From positions 5,440,001 to 5,504,000 of the forward strand of contig OZ241917.1 in NCBI GenBank assembly GCA_965203805.1: 64,000 bases of DNA, given 5' to 3'. Origin of the DNA: Candidatus Latescibacterota bacterium. GTDB lineage: Bacteria; Latescibacterota; UBA2968; GCA-2709665. Both the position numbers and the translations under genes were made by a program. Of this stretch, positions 1 through 8,274 are shown piece by piece (positions within the stretch are counted from its first letter, which is position 1; the number at the start of each line of letters is the position of its first letter). The notes under the pieces were generated by a model that searched no databases, was not told the origin of the DNA, and worked only from the letters and a program-made list of their open reading frames with translations.

Positions 1-364
1 GTCCCAGGGCTTGTGCGATGTGGCTTTTGCCCGTGCCGCAAGGTCCTGCAATCAGTACCGCGACCTTTTCCTTGATGAAGGCACAGGTGGCCAGGTCCTT
101 GATGAAGGCCTGATTGATGGCGGGGTTGAAGGCGAAGTCGAAGCCCTCGAGGGTTTTCTCGCCGCGGAAGCCCGCGCGTCGCAGGCGCAGGTTGAACTTT
201 TTGTGTTCTCTGCGTGCGACCTCGTCCTGGACAAGCAGGGCGAGGAACTCGCTGTAAGCGAGTTTGTTGTCGATGGCTTCCTGGTTTCTGGCAGGCAGTG
301 TCTCGAGGATGCCGGACAGGCGCAGTCTTTTGAGCATGGGGGCAAGTTCAGGCATAGGGTTCAT
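1..364 (-). CDS. istB: IS21 helper ATPase IstB (5' part, truncated by window)
   Basis: Manual translation MNPMPELAPMLKRLRLSGILETL...KTLEGFDF...IAGPCGTGKSHIAQALG (Walker A). Not in the ORF track because there is no stop in the window. Confidence 0.92.
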   Translation of the reverse strand, partial: MNPMPELAPMLKRLRLSGILETLPARNQEAIDNKLAYSEFLALLVQDEVARREHKKFNLRLRRAGFRGEKTLEGFDFAFNPAINQAFIKDLATCAFIKEKVAVLIAGPCGTGKSHIAQALG

Positions 365-383
365 TTTGTTGTTCTCCCGTTTT

Positions 384-1931
384 TTAGCTGAAGAGGGTTG
401 TGGCATCGCGGCTGAAACGTCCCCCTCCCGTATAGGCTGACGCGAGGGTGTGCGGGTCTGTGGACGTCTCGTCTGGATGCTTATGTTGGTCCAGACCTTT
501 TTCGAGGATGCTCTTCACACTCCGGTAGCGGGGGTTGTCATAGGCCAGGGCGCGGTCGCAGGCGGCCTCAAGGCGCCTTGCGCCGTAGCGTTCGGAAAGT
601 CGGATGATGCCCTGCGCCGCGCGGAGGTTGTCCAGCACGCGATCGGAGAAGAGGGTCTTGATGAGGCGGTGGCAGGAAGGACCGATACGCTGTGCCTGTT
701 TGAGGCACCATTGTGGATCGCGCATCAGGAAAGCGCGCGCCTCTGGCGGCAGATGTTCGGTAACGGTCGCGCGTGCACCAGGTGTGTTTTTACGGGGATG
801 AACGGCCACCATGTTGTGGTTCTGGTAGATCCTCACGGTTTTTGGGCTGGCCCGCAACCAGAGCTGTTGGCGCACCAGGGCATAGGGCACGGAGTATCGA
901 CACTTCTCGAACTGGACGTGGCAGTCGCCGTGAACCTTCACCTTGGCCCAGGCCGCCTGCTCAGGTGGAATGGCGGGTAACGGCTTGAGGAACTCGCGCT
1001 CGGTCTGTGCAAAGCGTGTCAGGGGTCGTTCGTGGGTGGTGCCGTGAATGCGGTTACCGGCCACCCCCAGGATCCAGTCCTGCAACTGCCGGTTGGCATC
1101 TCTGATGTCACGGAACTGGCGCAGGGGCACAAAGCTGCGCCTGACATACTTCACGGCCGCCTCCACGCGCCCCTTCTTCTTCGGGTCTCGCACGGGGCAC
1201 GGGGAGATGGTGAAGCCATAGCCTTCGGCGCACTCGCCGTAGGCGCGCTGCACCTCCGGATCGTGGTAGCAGGCCCTGGTGATGGCGTTTTTGGGGTTGT
1301 CGATCACCACGCGTGCCGGGACTCCGCCGAAGAACTCGAAGGCGCTTCTGTGGCAGGAAAGCCACGTCTCGACCTTCTGGTCCGGCACGATCTCGGCATA
1401 CTGGTGGCGAGACCAGGCCAGTACCATCACGAAGATCCACGTCGCGATGGTCTGGTGGGTGAAGACGTCCTCTATCGTGGGACCCCGCCCGAAGTCCACC
1501 TGCGCCACGTCGCCCGGATCGAAGTCCAACACGGTGGTGACGTCGGGATGAGCGTCTTTGAGCTGCTGGAGAAAACGACGGATGGAAGAATACGAGCCGG
1601 CATAGCCGTAGGTGTCCACCAACGCCTGGTGGATGACGGTACCCCGGATACCCTCACGCCACCAGGCTGTCACCTTGTCCTGGTAGGGCAAAACCGACGA
1701 GGCCGACTGAGGCCGCGAGGTTGGAACCTGAACCACCTGCACCAGCGTGGCATCATCGGGCAACACGTTGGAAGCGTCCAGCCATCCCTCACGGCCTGCC
1801 ACGTCACGAAGCGCGCCGGCCTTCCGCCGACCCATCAACCCGGAACGGGCGATCGCACGATCCGACTCGCCCAACCGCATACGCGTCAATACCTGGCGAT
1901 ACTGATACATCTCGAACCTCCGGTTGGCCAT
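384..1931 (-). CDS. istA: IS21 transposase IstA
   Basis: AQVDFG, VVIDNPK and KGRVE DDE motifs; C-terminal YSVP/Mu-like domain. Confidence 0.95.
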   Translation of the reverse strand: MANRRFEMYQYRQVLTRMRLGESDRAIARSGLMGRRKAGALRDVAGREGWLDASNVLPDDATLVQVVQVPTSRPQSASSVLPYQDKVTAWWREGIRGTVIHQALVDTYGYAGSYSSIRRFLQQLKDAHPDVTTVLDFDPGDVAQVDFGRGPTIEDVFTHQTIATWIFVMVLAWSRHQYAEIVPDQKVETWLSCHRSAFEFFGGVPARVVIDNPKNAITRACYHDPEVQRAYGECAEGYGFTISPCPVRDPKKKGRVEAAVKYVRRSFVPLRQFRDIRDANRQLQDWILGVAGNRIHGTTHERPLTRFAQTEREFLKPLPAIPPEQAAWAKVKVHGDCHVQFEKCRYSVPYALVRQQLWLRASPKTVRIYQNHNMVAVHPRKNTPGARATVTEHLPPEARAFLMRDPQWCLKQAQRIGPSCHRLIKTLFSDRVLDNLRAAQGIIRLSERYGARRLEAACDRALAYDNPRYRSVKSILEKGLDQHKHPDETSTDPHTLASAYTGGGRFSRDATTLFS

Positions 1932-2147
1932 GTCCTTCCCTCCTGACTGTCGGGGAGACAGAAAGAAGGTAGAACCGTTGCCGGATAGTCCGAAACCTTA
2001 GTCGCATCCCAGGTGGCCTGATTATGCCGATCCTGCTGTGGCCGCAAATGGGCGATCATTGACAGGAATCGGGCTGGCCAGTTGACATTGGGGTTTCAGG
2101 GTGGACGGAGTGACGACGCGCGGTCTATGGAGAATCGATTCTCTGCG

Positions 2148-2200
2148 GTTACTCGTTTTCTCGCGCTTCTCGGCTTTTATCCTGTTCATCCTGTCCATCC
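2148..2200. repeat. Pyrimidine-rich module plus ATCCTGNNN nonamer repeats
   Basis: 2148-2187 aligns with 7244-7283 at about 31/40, mismatches all transitions; followed by atcctgttc-atcctgtcc-atcc. Confidence 0.6.
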
Positions 2201-2336
2201 ATGTAAGTTCATGTTTACGAATAATTCAGACTAGAGGTTAACGACCCGAAATCCCGTCATTCGCCCAGGGGTTCCTGTCCGGGTACGTCGCATTCAGGGC
2301 TTGACTTTGTATGGGGCCGGGCCCATTATCTTCCTT

Positions 2337-3494
2337 ATGGGAAACGCCGGGTCGAAGGTTGACGTCGTCGTGGCCGGGCTGGGCGCGATGGGCAGCGCGG
2401 CGGTCTATCATCTGGCAAAGCGCGGACTGCGGGTGGCGGGTTTCGACCGCTACCATCCGCCGCACACGCACGGCTCGTCGCACGGACACGCGCGGGTGAT
2501 CCGGGAGGCCTACGCCAGCGGGCCCGCATACGTGGATCTGATCCGGCGCGCGTACGCGCTGTGGGAAAGCCTGGCGGACGAAAGCGGCGCGGAACTCGTC
2601 CGGACGTACGGCCACCTGTCCATGAGACCGCCGGGCGGGGCCGAACGCCTGGGTGTCCTGGAAAGCGCCCGAGCATTCAATATTCCGGTCGAGCGGGTCC
2701 CGGCGGAGGACGTGCGGAAGCGGTTTCCCATGTTCCGCGTCGACGATGGATGGGAGGGGATCTTCGAGCCCAGGGCGGGGGCCGTTTTTCCCGAGGCCTG
2801 CATCAACGCGCACCTGAGGCTGGCGGAGTCGGCAGGGGCGGCGTTGAACTTCGATTGCCCGGTTCTGGACTGGACGCCCGATGGAAGCGCGGTGCGGGTG
2901 AAATCGACGTCGGGCGAAATATCGGCGGGCCGGCTGGTCGTCTGCGCGGGCGCCTGGGTCTCCCGGCTCGTGGCGGACCTGGCGCTTCCGGTTGAAGTCG
3001 AGCGGATGACGCTGTTTTTCTTTCGGCCGCTGCGGAACCCTGAAATGTTCGTGTCCGGGTGCTGTCCCAACAACACCTGGGTGTGTGAGGACGGGGTTTC
3101 GTTTTACTGCCAGCCTGATTTCGGACGGGGTTTCAAGGCGGCATTGCACTGTGGACGCGCGGGCGTAGACCCCGATACGCTGGATCGGACGACCACCCCC
3201 GAGGATGAGGTGGAGATTCGGCCGTTGGTTGAACGGTTCATTCCCGATGCGGCCGGGCCCGTTGTCGAGAGCCACGTCTGCATGTACACGAATCTGCCGG
3301 ATTCCGGGTGGCTTGTGGACCACCATCCCGCGCATGAGCAGGTGATCATCGCCTCGCCCTGCTCGGGGCACGGGTTCAAGTTCTCATCCGCGATCGGGGA
3401 GATTCTGGCGAAGTTGTGCACCGGCGAAGCCGATGCGGCGGAGCGGGAGATGTTCGGCATTTCACGGCTTCTGGCCCGAGGATCACGGACATGA
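2337..3494 (+). CDS. solA: N-methyl-L-tryptophan/monomeric sarcosine oxidase family FAD oxidase
   Basis: VAGLGAMGS dinucleotide motif, GSSHGHARVIR, CMYT, SPCSGHGFKF. Confidence 0.85.
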   Translation: MGNAGSKVDVVVAGLGAMGSAAVYHLAKRGLRVAGFDRYHPPHTHGSSHGHARVIREAYASGPAYVDLIRRAYALWESLADESGAELVRTYGHLSMRPPGGAERLGVLESARAFNIPVERVPAEDVRKRFPMFRVDDGWEGIFEPRAGAVFPEACINAHLRLAESAGAALNFDCPVLDWTPDGSAVRVKSTSGEISAGRLVVCAGAWVSRLVADLALPVEVERMTLFFFRPLRNPEMFVSGCCPNNTWVCEDGVSFYCQPDFGRGFKAALHCGRAGVDPDTLDRTTTPEDEVEIRPLVERFIPDAAGPVVESHVCMYTNLPDSGWLVDHHPAHEQVIIASPCSGHGFKFSSAIGEILAKLCTGEADAAEREMFGISRLLARGSRT

Positions 3495-4462
3495 CAATTC
3501 AGGATCACGTCTCCTGGGCTGATTTCAACGATGAAACGTTGCGGTTTTCGCGTGCAATCGGCGCGGACATGATCTGCCTCGACATTCGAGCGATGCACAG
3601 GCTGGATCCCACGATGGATCTGCGCGACGGCCGGGACAGCCGCCCGTTCTTCGAAGCGGCGAAGGAGAAGGTGGAAGCCCACGGGATGGCGTTGTACAGC
3701 ATCTTTATGGCGGGGTGGGACGAACTGGCATTCGGCCTGCCCGATCGCGACGACAAGCTTGAAGCGTGGTGTCGGATGCTGCGATGCATGGGTGAGGCGG
3801 GCATACCGGCGCTGGGGTACAACTTCAAACCGATGGGCAACTTCCGCACGCCCTCCGTGCCGCCGGGCCGGGGCGGGTCCGTATACAGCACGTTCGATTA
3901 CGAGACGTTCTCACGAAACAGGCCCCAACCCCACGATCCTGCGGTTGACGAGGCGGAGATCTGGGCGAACATGAAGGTCTTTCTGGAGGGCGCGGTGCCG
4001 GCGGCGGAAAAGGCGGGGGTGAAGATGGCGCTCCACCCGGACGACCCGCCCATCCCGGAACCGCTCGGCGGCGTCGCCCAGATCGTGTCCACACTGGACC
4101 ACTATCGGCGGATCTTCGCGGCCGCGCCGGGCGACAGCAACGGGATGCTGTTCTGCCAGGGCTGCGTGACCGAAATGGGCGTCGACGTGTATGAAACCAT
4201 CCGCGAGATGGGACGTCGCAACAAGATCGTATTCGTGCATTTCAGGAACGTGCGCGGCGCCCTGCCCAGTTTCCAGGAGGTGTTTCTGGACGAGGGCGAC
4301 GTGAACATGCGCCGGGCGATGGAGGTCTACAAGGAGGTCGGGTTCAACGGTCCATTCATGATGGATCACACGCCGGGCATCCCCGGAGACGTTGAATCCA
4401 GGGCCGGGCACGCGTATGCCGTGGGATATATCCGAGCATTGATACAGACGGTTTATGGCTGA
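3491..4462 (+). CDS. Mannonate dehydratase (UxuA)-like protein, copy 1
   Basis: MALHPDDPP, FCQG, VHFRN, DEGD motifs; ATGA overlap with solA stop. Confidence 0.8.
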   Translation: MTIQDHVSWADFNDETLRFSRAIGADMICLDIRAMHRLDPTMDLRDGRDSRPFFEAAKEKVEAHGMALYSIFMAGWDELAFGLPDRDDKLEAWCRMLRCMGEAGIPALGYNFKPMGNFRTPSVPPGRGGSVYSTFDYETFSRNRPQPHDPAVDEAEIWANMKVFLEGAVPAAEKAGVKMALHPDDPPIPEPLGGVAQIVSTLDHYRRIFAAAPGDSNGMLFCQGCVTEMGVDVYETIREMGRRNKIVFVHFRNVRGALPSFQEVFLDEGDVNMRRAMEVYKEVGFNGPFMMDHTPGIPGDVESRAGHAYAVGYIRALIQTVYG

Positions 4463-4497
4463 CAATTTTCAGCTTTGTAAACGGGAGGATAGTCGCA

Positions 4498-5451
4498 ATG
4501 TATATACAGGAACAGCTTCCCTGGGACCAGATCAACGACGATACGCTGAGTTTTTTCAAGGCGATCGGCGTGGATTATCTGACGGTGAACGCCATTCCGC
4601 CGGACGTCCGCCAGGGTACGGACCGTACGGAACTCTGGAGGGACCTCAAGACGCTGGCCGAATCCCACGGGTTGAAGCTCACGAACCTGGCGGCAACCGG
4701 TTGGGACGAAATATCCCTCGCGCTCGATGACCGTGACGAGAAGATCGACGCATGGTGCCAACTTTTGAGAAGTATGGGCGAGGTCGGCATTCCCACGCTG
4801 GGGTACAATTTCAAACCCGCGGGGAACTTTCGGACCGAGTCCGTGCCTCCCGGCAGAGGCGGCGCCAGGTACAGCACGTTCGATTACGAAAAATTCATGG
4901 TGGATCCGCCGTACTATCCCGATAAGGCGATTTCCGAGGAGAAGATCCTGGAGAATATCCGATATTTCCTGGAACGCGTCATCCCGGTGGCGGAAGAGAA
5001 CAACGTTCGCATGGCGCTGCACCCCGACGATCCGCCCATTCCGGAACCCATGGCCGGCGCTGCCAGGATCGTGTCCACCCTCGACCAGTACCATCACATC
5101 TTCGATATGGTCCCCAGCCACAGCAACGCCATGTTGTTCTGCCAGGGCTGCGTCGCGGAGATGGACGAGGATGTATGCGACGCGATCCGGAATATCGGCG
5201 GCCGGGACAAAATCGTCTACGTGCATTTCAGGAATATCCGGGGCGGATCCAGGAGCTTTCAGGAGGTCTTCGTGGACGAAGGAGACCAGGACATGTACGA
5301 GGCGATGCGGACCTACAAGGAAGTGGGTTTCGAAGGACCGTTCATGATGGACCATACGCCCGGTTTTCCCAACACGGATTCCACGTTCTGGGGAGGGCGC
5401 GCGTTTGTGGTGGGGTATATGCGGGCGTTGATCCAGGCGGTTTATCGTTGA
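4498..5451 (+). CDS. Mannonate dehydratase (UxuA)-like protein, copy 2
   Basis: Same motifs; clear paralogue of the upstream gene. Confidence 0.8.
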   Translation: MYIQEQLPWDQINDDTLSFFKAIGVDYLTVNAIPPDVRQGTDRTELWRDLKTLAESHGLKLTNLAATGWDEISLALDDRDEKIDAWCQLLRSMGEVGIPTLGYNFKPAGNFRTESVPPGRGGARYSTFDYEKFMVDPPYYPDKAISEEKILENIRYFLERVIPVAEENNVRMALHPDDPPIPEPMAGAARIVSTLDQYHHIFDMVPSHSNAMLFCQGCVAEMDEDVCDAIRNIGGRDKIVYVHFRNIRGGSRSFQEVFVDEGDQDMYEAMRTYKEVGFEGPFMMDHTPGFPNTDSTFWGGRAFVVGYMRALIQAVYR

Positions 5452-5606
5452 CCATGATTCGTAGGGTTTCGGGGACGTTAATTCGAATATATGCAAGTTG
5501 ATAAAGGCGATTAAACTGCGGATTACCAGGATACACCAGGTCGCTGGACGTGAACAAAAACACCATCCTTATGAACGACCTCGATACCCCGTTTGGCACG
5601 GGTCCC

Positions 5607-5635
5607 TTCTGTGTCTTTTGTGCCTTTTGTGGCTA
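5607..5635. repeat. Nonamer tandem repeat (TTTTGTGCC-type)
   Basis: ttctgtgtc-ttttgtgcc-ttttgtggc. Confidence 0.55.
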
Positions 5636-5715
5636 TTTTGACTGTTGTTTGTTTTCGAATCGGAATTGAAGTCGCGATCGGTGTCCGGACCCTGACGTGA
5701 TGACTGGAGGCGAAT

Positions 5716-6726
5716 ATGACGAACCGCCGGCAAGAGGCAACGACAAATGAGTCCACGGAAAAGAAGACCATTCGCGTGGCGATGATCGGCGCGGGCGGCC
5801 GCGCCACCAGCGCGCACTATCCCTCTCTCAAGGCGTTGAAGGGCGTTGAGATGGTGGCCGTCTCGGAACTGAGCGAGCAACGCATGGCAGGCGCGGCCGA
5901 CCGGTTCGGAATTCAGGGGCGGTATTCGGACTACAGAGAGATGATCGAAAAGGAAAAACCGGATGCGGTCTACGCCATCATGCCGCCCCATCATCTGTAC
6001 GATATCGGGGCAACCGTGATGGAAATGGGCTGCCACCTGTTCATCGAAAAACCCCCTGCGATGACCACGGAACAGACCCGGCAGATGGCGCTGATTGCGC
6101 GGAAGCACAACGTGCTCACGGGCGTGACGTTCCAGAGGCGGTTTGCGCCGGTGATCCGGTACGGAAAGGAGCTCTGCGAGAAGCGCGGGGCCGTTCACAG
6201 CGCCGTGTCCACCTTCTACAAGAACGCCGTGGGCGGGGCGCCGTATTACCGGGGAGCGATCGATATCCTGACGTCCGACGCCATTCACGCGGTGGACACG
6301 CTCCGCTATCTCTGCGGCGGCGAGGTGGAATCCGTGGCCAGCGACGTCCGGCGGGAGGGCGCTACACACACCAATATCTACCTGGCGCTGGTCAGGTTCA
6401 GTTCCGGGGCAACCGGCGTGCTGCTGACCAACTGGATGACGGGGCGCCGCATCTTCTCCGTGGAAATCCATTCACCCGGAATTTCGGTATTCGGGGACCC
6501 GGAAGAGGGCGGAAAGGTTTTCGCGGATAATAAGGACGAGCCCATCGAGATGCTCGATCCGTTCCGTCTCGGCGGCGGCGACGACACCTGGCGCGCGTAC
6601 GGCGCGTACGATACCAACCGTCACTTTATGGAATGCATCCGAGCGGGTAAACAGCCGGAAACGTGTCTGGACGATGCGGTCAAGACCATGGATCTCGTCG
6701 ACAGGATCTACCAGTCGCAGATATAG
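5716..6726 (+). CDS. Gfo/Idh/MocA oxidoreductase
   Basis: IGAGG Rossmann motif, FIEKP, IHAVD. Confidence 0.9.
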   Translation: MTNRRQEATTNESTEKKTIRVAMIGAGGRATSAHYPSLKALKGVEMVAVSELSEQRMAGAADRFGIQGRYSDYREMIEKEKPDAVYAIMPPHHLYDIGATVMEMGCHLFIEKPPAMTTEQTRQMALIARKHNVLTGVTFQRRFAPVIRYGKELCEKRGAVHSAVSTFYKNAVGGAPYYRGAIDILTSDAIHAVDTLRYLCGGEVESVASDVRREGATHTNIYLALVRFSSGATGVLLTNWMTGRRIFSVEIHSPGISVFGDPEEGGKVFADNKDEPIEMLDPFRLGGGDDTWRAYGAYDTNRHFMECIRAGKQPETCLDDAVKTMDLVDRIYQSQI

Positions 6727-6856
6727 TGTACGCTCTACGCGGCGCGTCACTGTTCAGCCGCCGGTTCGTCCGCGAATCGCCTCAGGTGCACAATCTCGTC
6801 AATGCATTTCTCACCCTTTCCCTGAGGAGAGGGACCAGGGTGAGAGGTTTCAGGGT

Positions 6857-7172
6857 GCGAGGGCATCCTGCCCTCGCCGGCTTAACCCGGAGGTTCTTGC
6901 GCCGTCACTTCCGGTATGGCTCTTGATTCAAAGGAATCAACAGGCCCCTGGTGCAGTTATCGATGGGTTATACGAAGTTCGAGGGCAGGATGCCCTCGGT
7001 CCGGATACAGGCAGATCATGCACTGATGTAGGGCATGATGGCCCAGGTTCCATGGATGTCAAATCAGATATGGCGTCGACTCCAACGAACTGGTATCGGA
7101 CGCAATGGAAGCAATAAGGCCTACACGCGAATAGGGGTTGGTGACGCGACGTTCGAGGGCAGGATGCCTTCG
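6857..7172. repeat. Three REP-like palindromes CGAGGGCA-TCC-TGCCCTCG
   Basis: Copies at 6857-6877, 6980-6998 (inverted) and 7154-7172 (inverted); fourth copy at 56817-56836. Confidence 0.8.
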
Positions 7173-7211
7173 GTCGCAGGGCTCTCGTGGCAATTGATTT
7201 GAGTCACGGCC

Positions 7212-7328
7212 TTTTCGTTTTTTTCGTGTGTTTCGTAGTTTCCGTTGTTCGCTTTCTCGTGCTTTTCGGTTCTCATCCTGCTCCTGGTTTCTAATCCTGT
7301 TAATCCGGCAAATCCTGAAAATCCTGAT
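7212..7328. repeat. Nonamer repeat cluster (TTTCGTNNN; AATCCTGNN)
   Basis: ttttcgttt-ttttcgtgt-gtttcgtag and aatcctgtt-aatccggca-aatcctgaa-aatcctgat. Confidence 0.65.
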
Positions 7329-7375
7329 CGGTTTCTGAATGAGAGAAACCCGTCGCATATCGATGGAGAGACCCA

Positions 7376-8194
7376 ATGAAAACCATCATGTTTACGAAAC
7401 ACCTAGAGGGCCTGGACGTGCCCGGCATCATCGGCGCGTTGAGATCGGTCGGCGTAGAAGGCGCGGACCTGTGCGTGCGCCCGGGCTATCCGGTACATCC
7501 GGAGAACGTGGAAACCGCGCTCCCGGAAGCGGCCAGGCGGTTTGCCGATGAAGGGCTTTCCATTCCCCTGGTCACTACCCCCGGGGACTTCGTCAGGCCG
7601 GATATGGATTACGCGGAGCGCCTGTACGCGGCCTGCGGCGAAGCGGGCGTGAACCACATCAAGCTGGGATACTGGCACTGGTCCGCGGGGATGGACTATT
7701 GGGAGGAACTCGACGCGGTCAGGGGGCATCTCGAAGGCTTTCAGACGCTCTCCGGGAAACACGGGGTACAGACCGTCGTACACAACCATTCCGGACTGTC
7801 GATGGGCCTGAACTCGTGCGCGGCGATGAATGTGGTGAAGGGATTCGATCCGAAGCACATCGGCGTGTTTGCCGACCCCGGCCACCTTTCCGTCTGCGGC
7901 GAGCCGATCGAACTGGCGCTGAACATCGTCCGGTCGCATCTGTCCGTGGTGGCGCTCAAGGACCTGATCCGGCAGCCGCTGCTGCAGAACGGCAGATTGA
8001 GCTGGCGCACGCGGGTGGTGCGGCTGGGCGAGGGGTTCGGAGACTGGCCGGCGTTGTTACGCGCGTTCAGGGCGGTGAACTTCGACGGGCCTCTGAGCTT
8101 CCACAGCGAGTACAGCGGGGAACCGGTGGATACGGTCATCGATCTGGCCAGGTCGGACGTTCGCTTCTTCACAGCGCTGCTGAAAGAAGGATAA
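7376..8194 (+). CDS. Sugar phosphate isomerase/epimerase (xylose isomerase-like TIM barrel)
   Basis: VHNHSG, ADPGH, ALKD, LSFHSEY motifs. Confidence 0.85.
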   Translation: MKTIMFTKHLEGLDVPGIIGALRSVGVEGADLCVRPGYPVHPENVETALPEAARRFADEGLSIPLVTTPGDFVRPDMDYAERLYAACGEAGVNHIKLGYWHWSAGMDYWEELDAVRGHLEGFQTLSGKHGVQTVVHNHSGLSMGLNSCAAMNVVKGFDPKHIGVFADPGHLSVCGEPIELALNIVRSHLSVVALKDLIRQPLLQNGRLSWRTRVVRLGEGFGDWPALLRAFRAVNFDGPLSFHSEYSGEPVDTVIDLARSDVRFFTALLKEG

Positions 8195-8215
8195 CCCCAT
8201 TCGAAAGCGACAATA

Positions 8216-8253
8216 GACAAGGGCGGCCGGGGTAGACCCCGGTCGCCCTTGTC
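8216..8253. terminator. 17-bp hairpin between convergent genes
   Basis: gacaagggcggccgggg-taga-ccccggtcgcccttgtc. Confidence 0.6.
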
Positions 8254-8274
8254 GTGTTACGCGAGATCCGGGAT

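Larger units (their letters stand above)
1..2064 (-). mobile_element. IS21-family insertion sequence (left end present, remainder runs off the window)
   Basis: istA-istB pair. The minus strand from 2064 reads TGTCAATGATCG..., an IS21-type TG end. Two 20-bp subterminal repeats GATCG..GGCCAC lie at 2013-2032 and 2038-2057. Confidence 0.9.
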
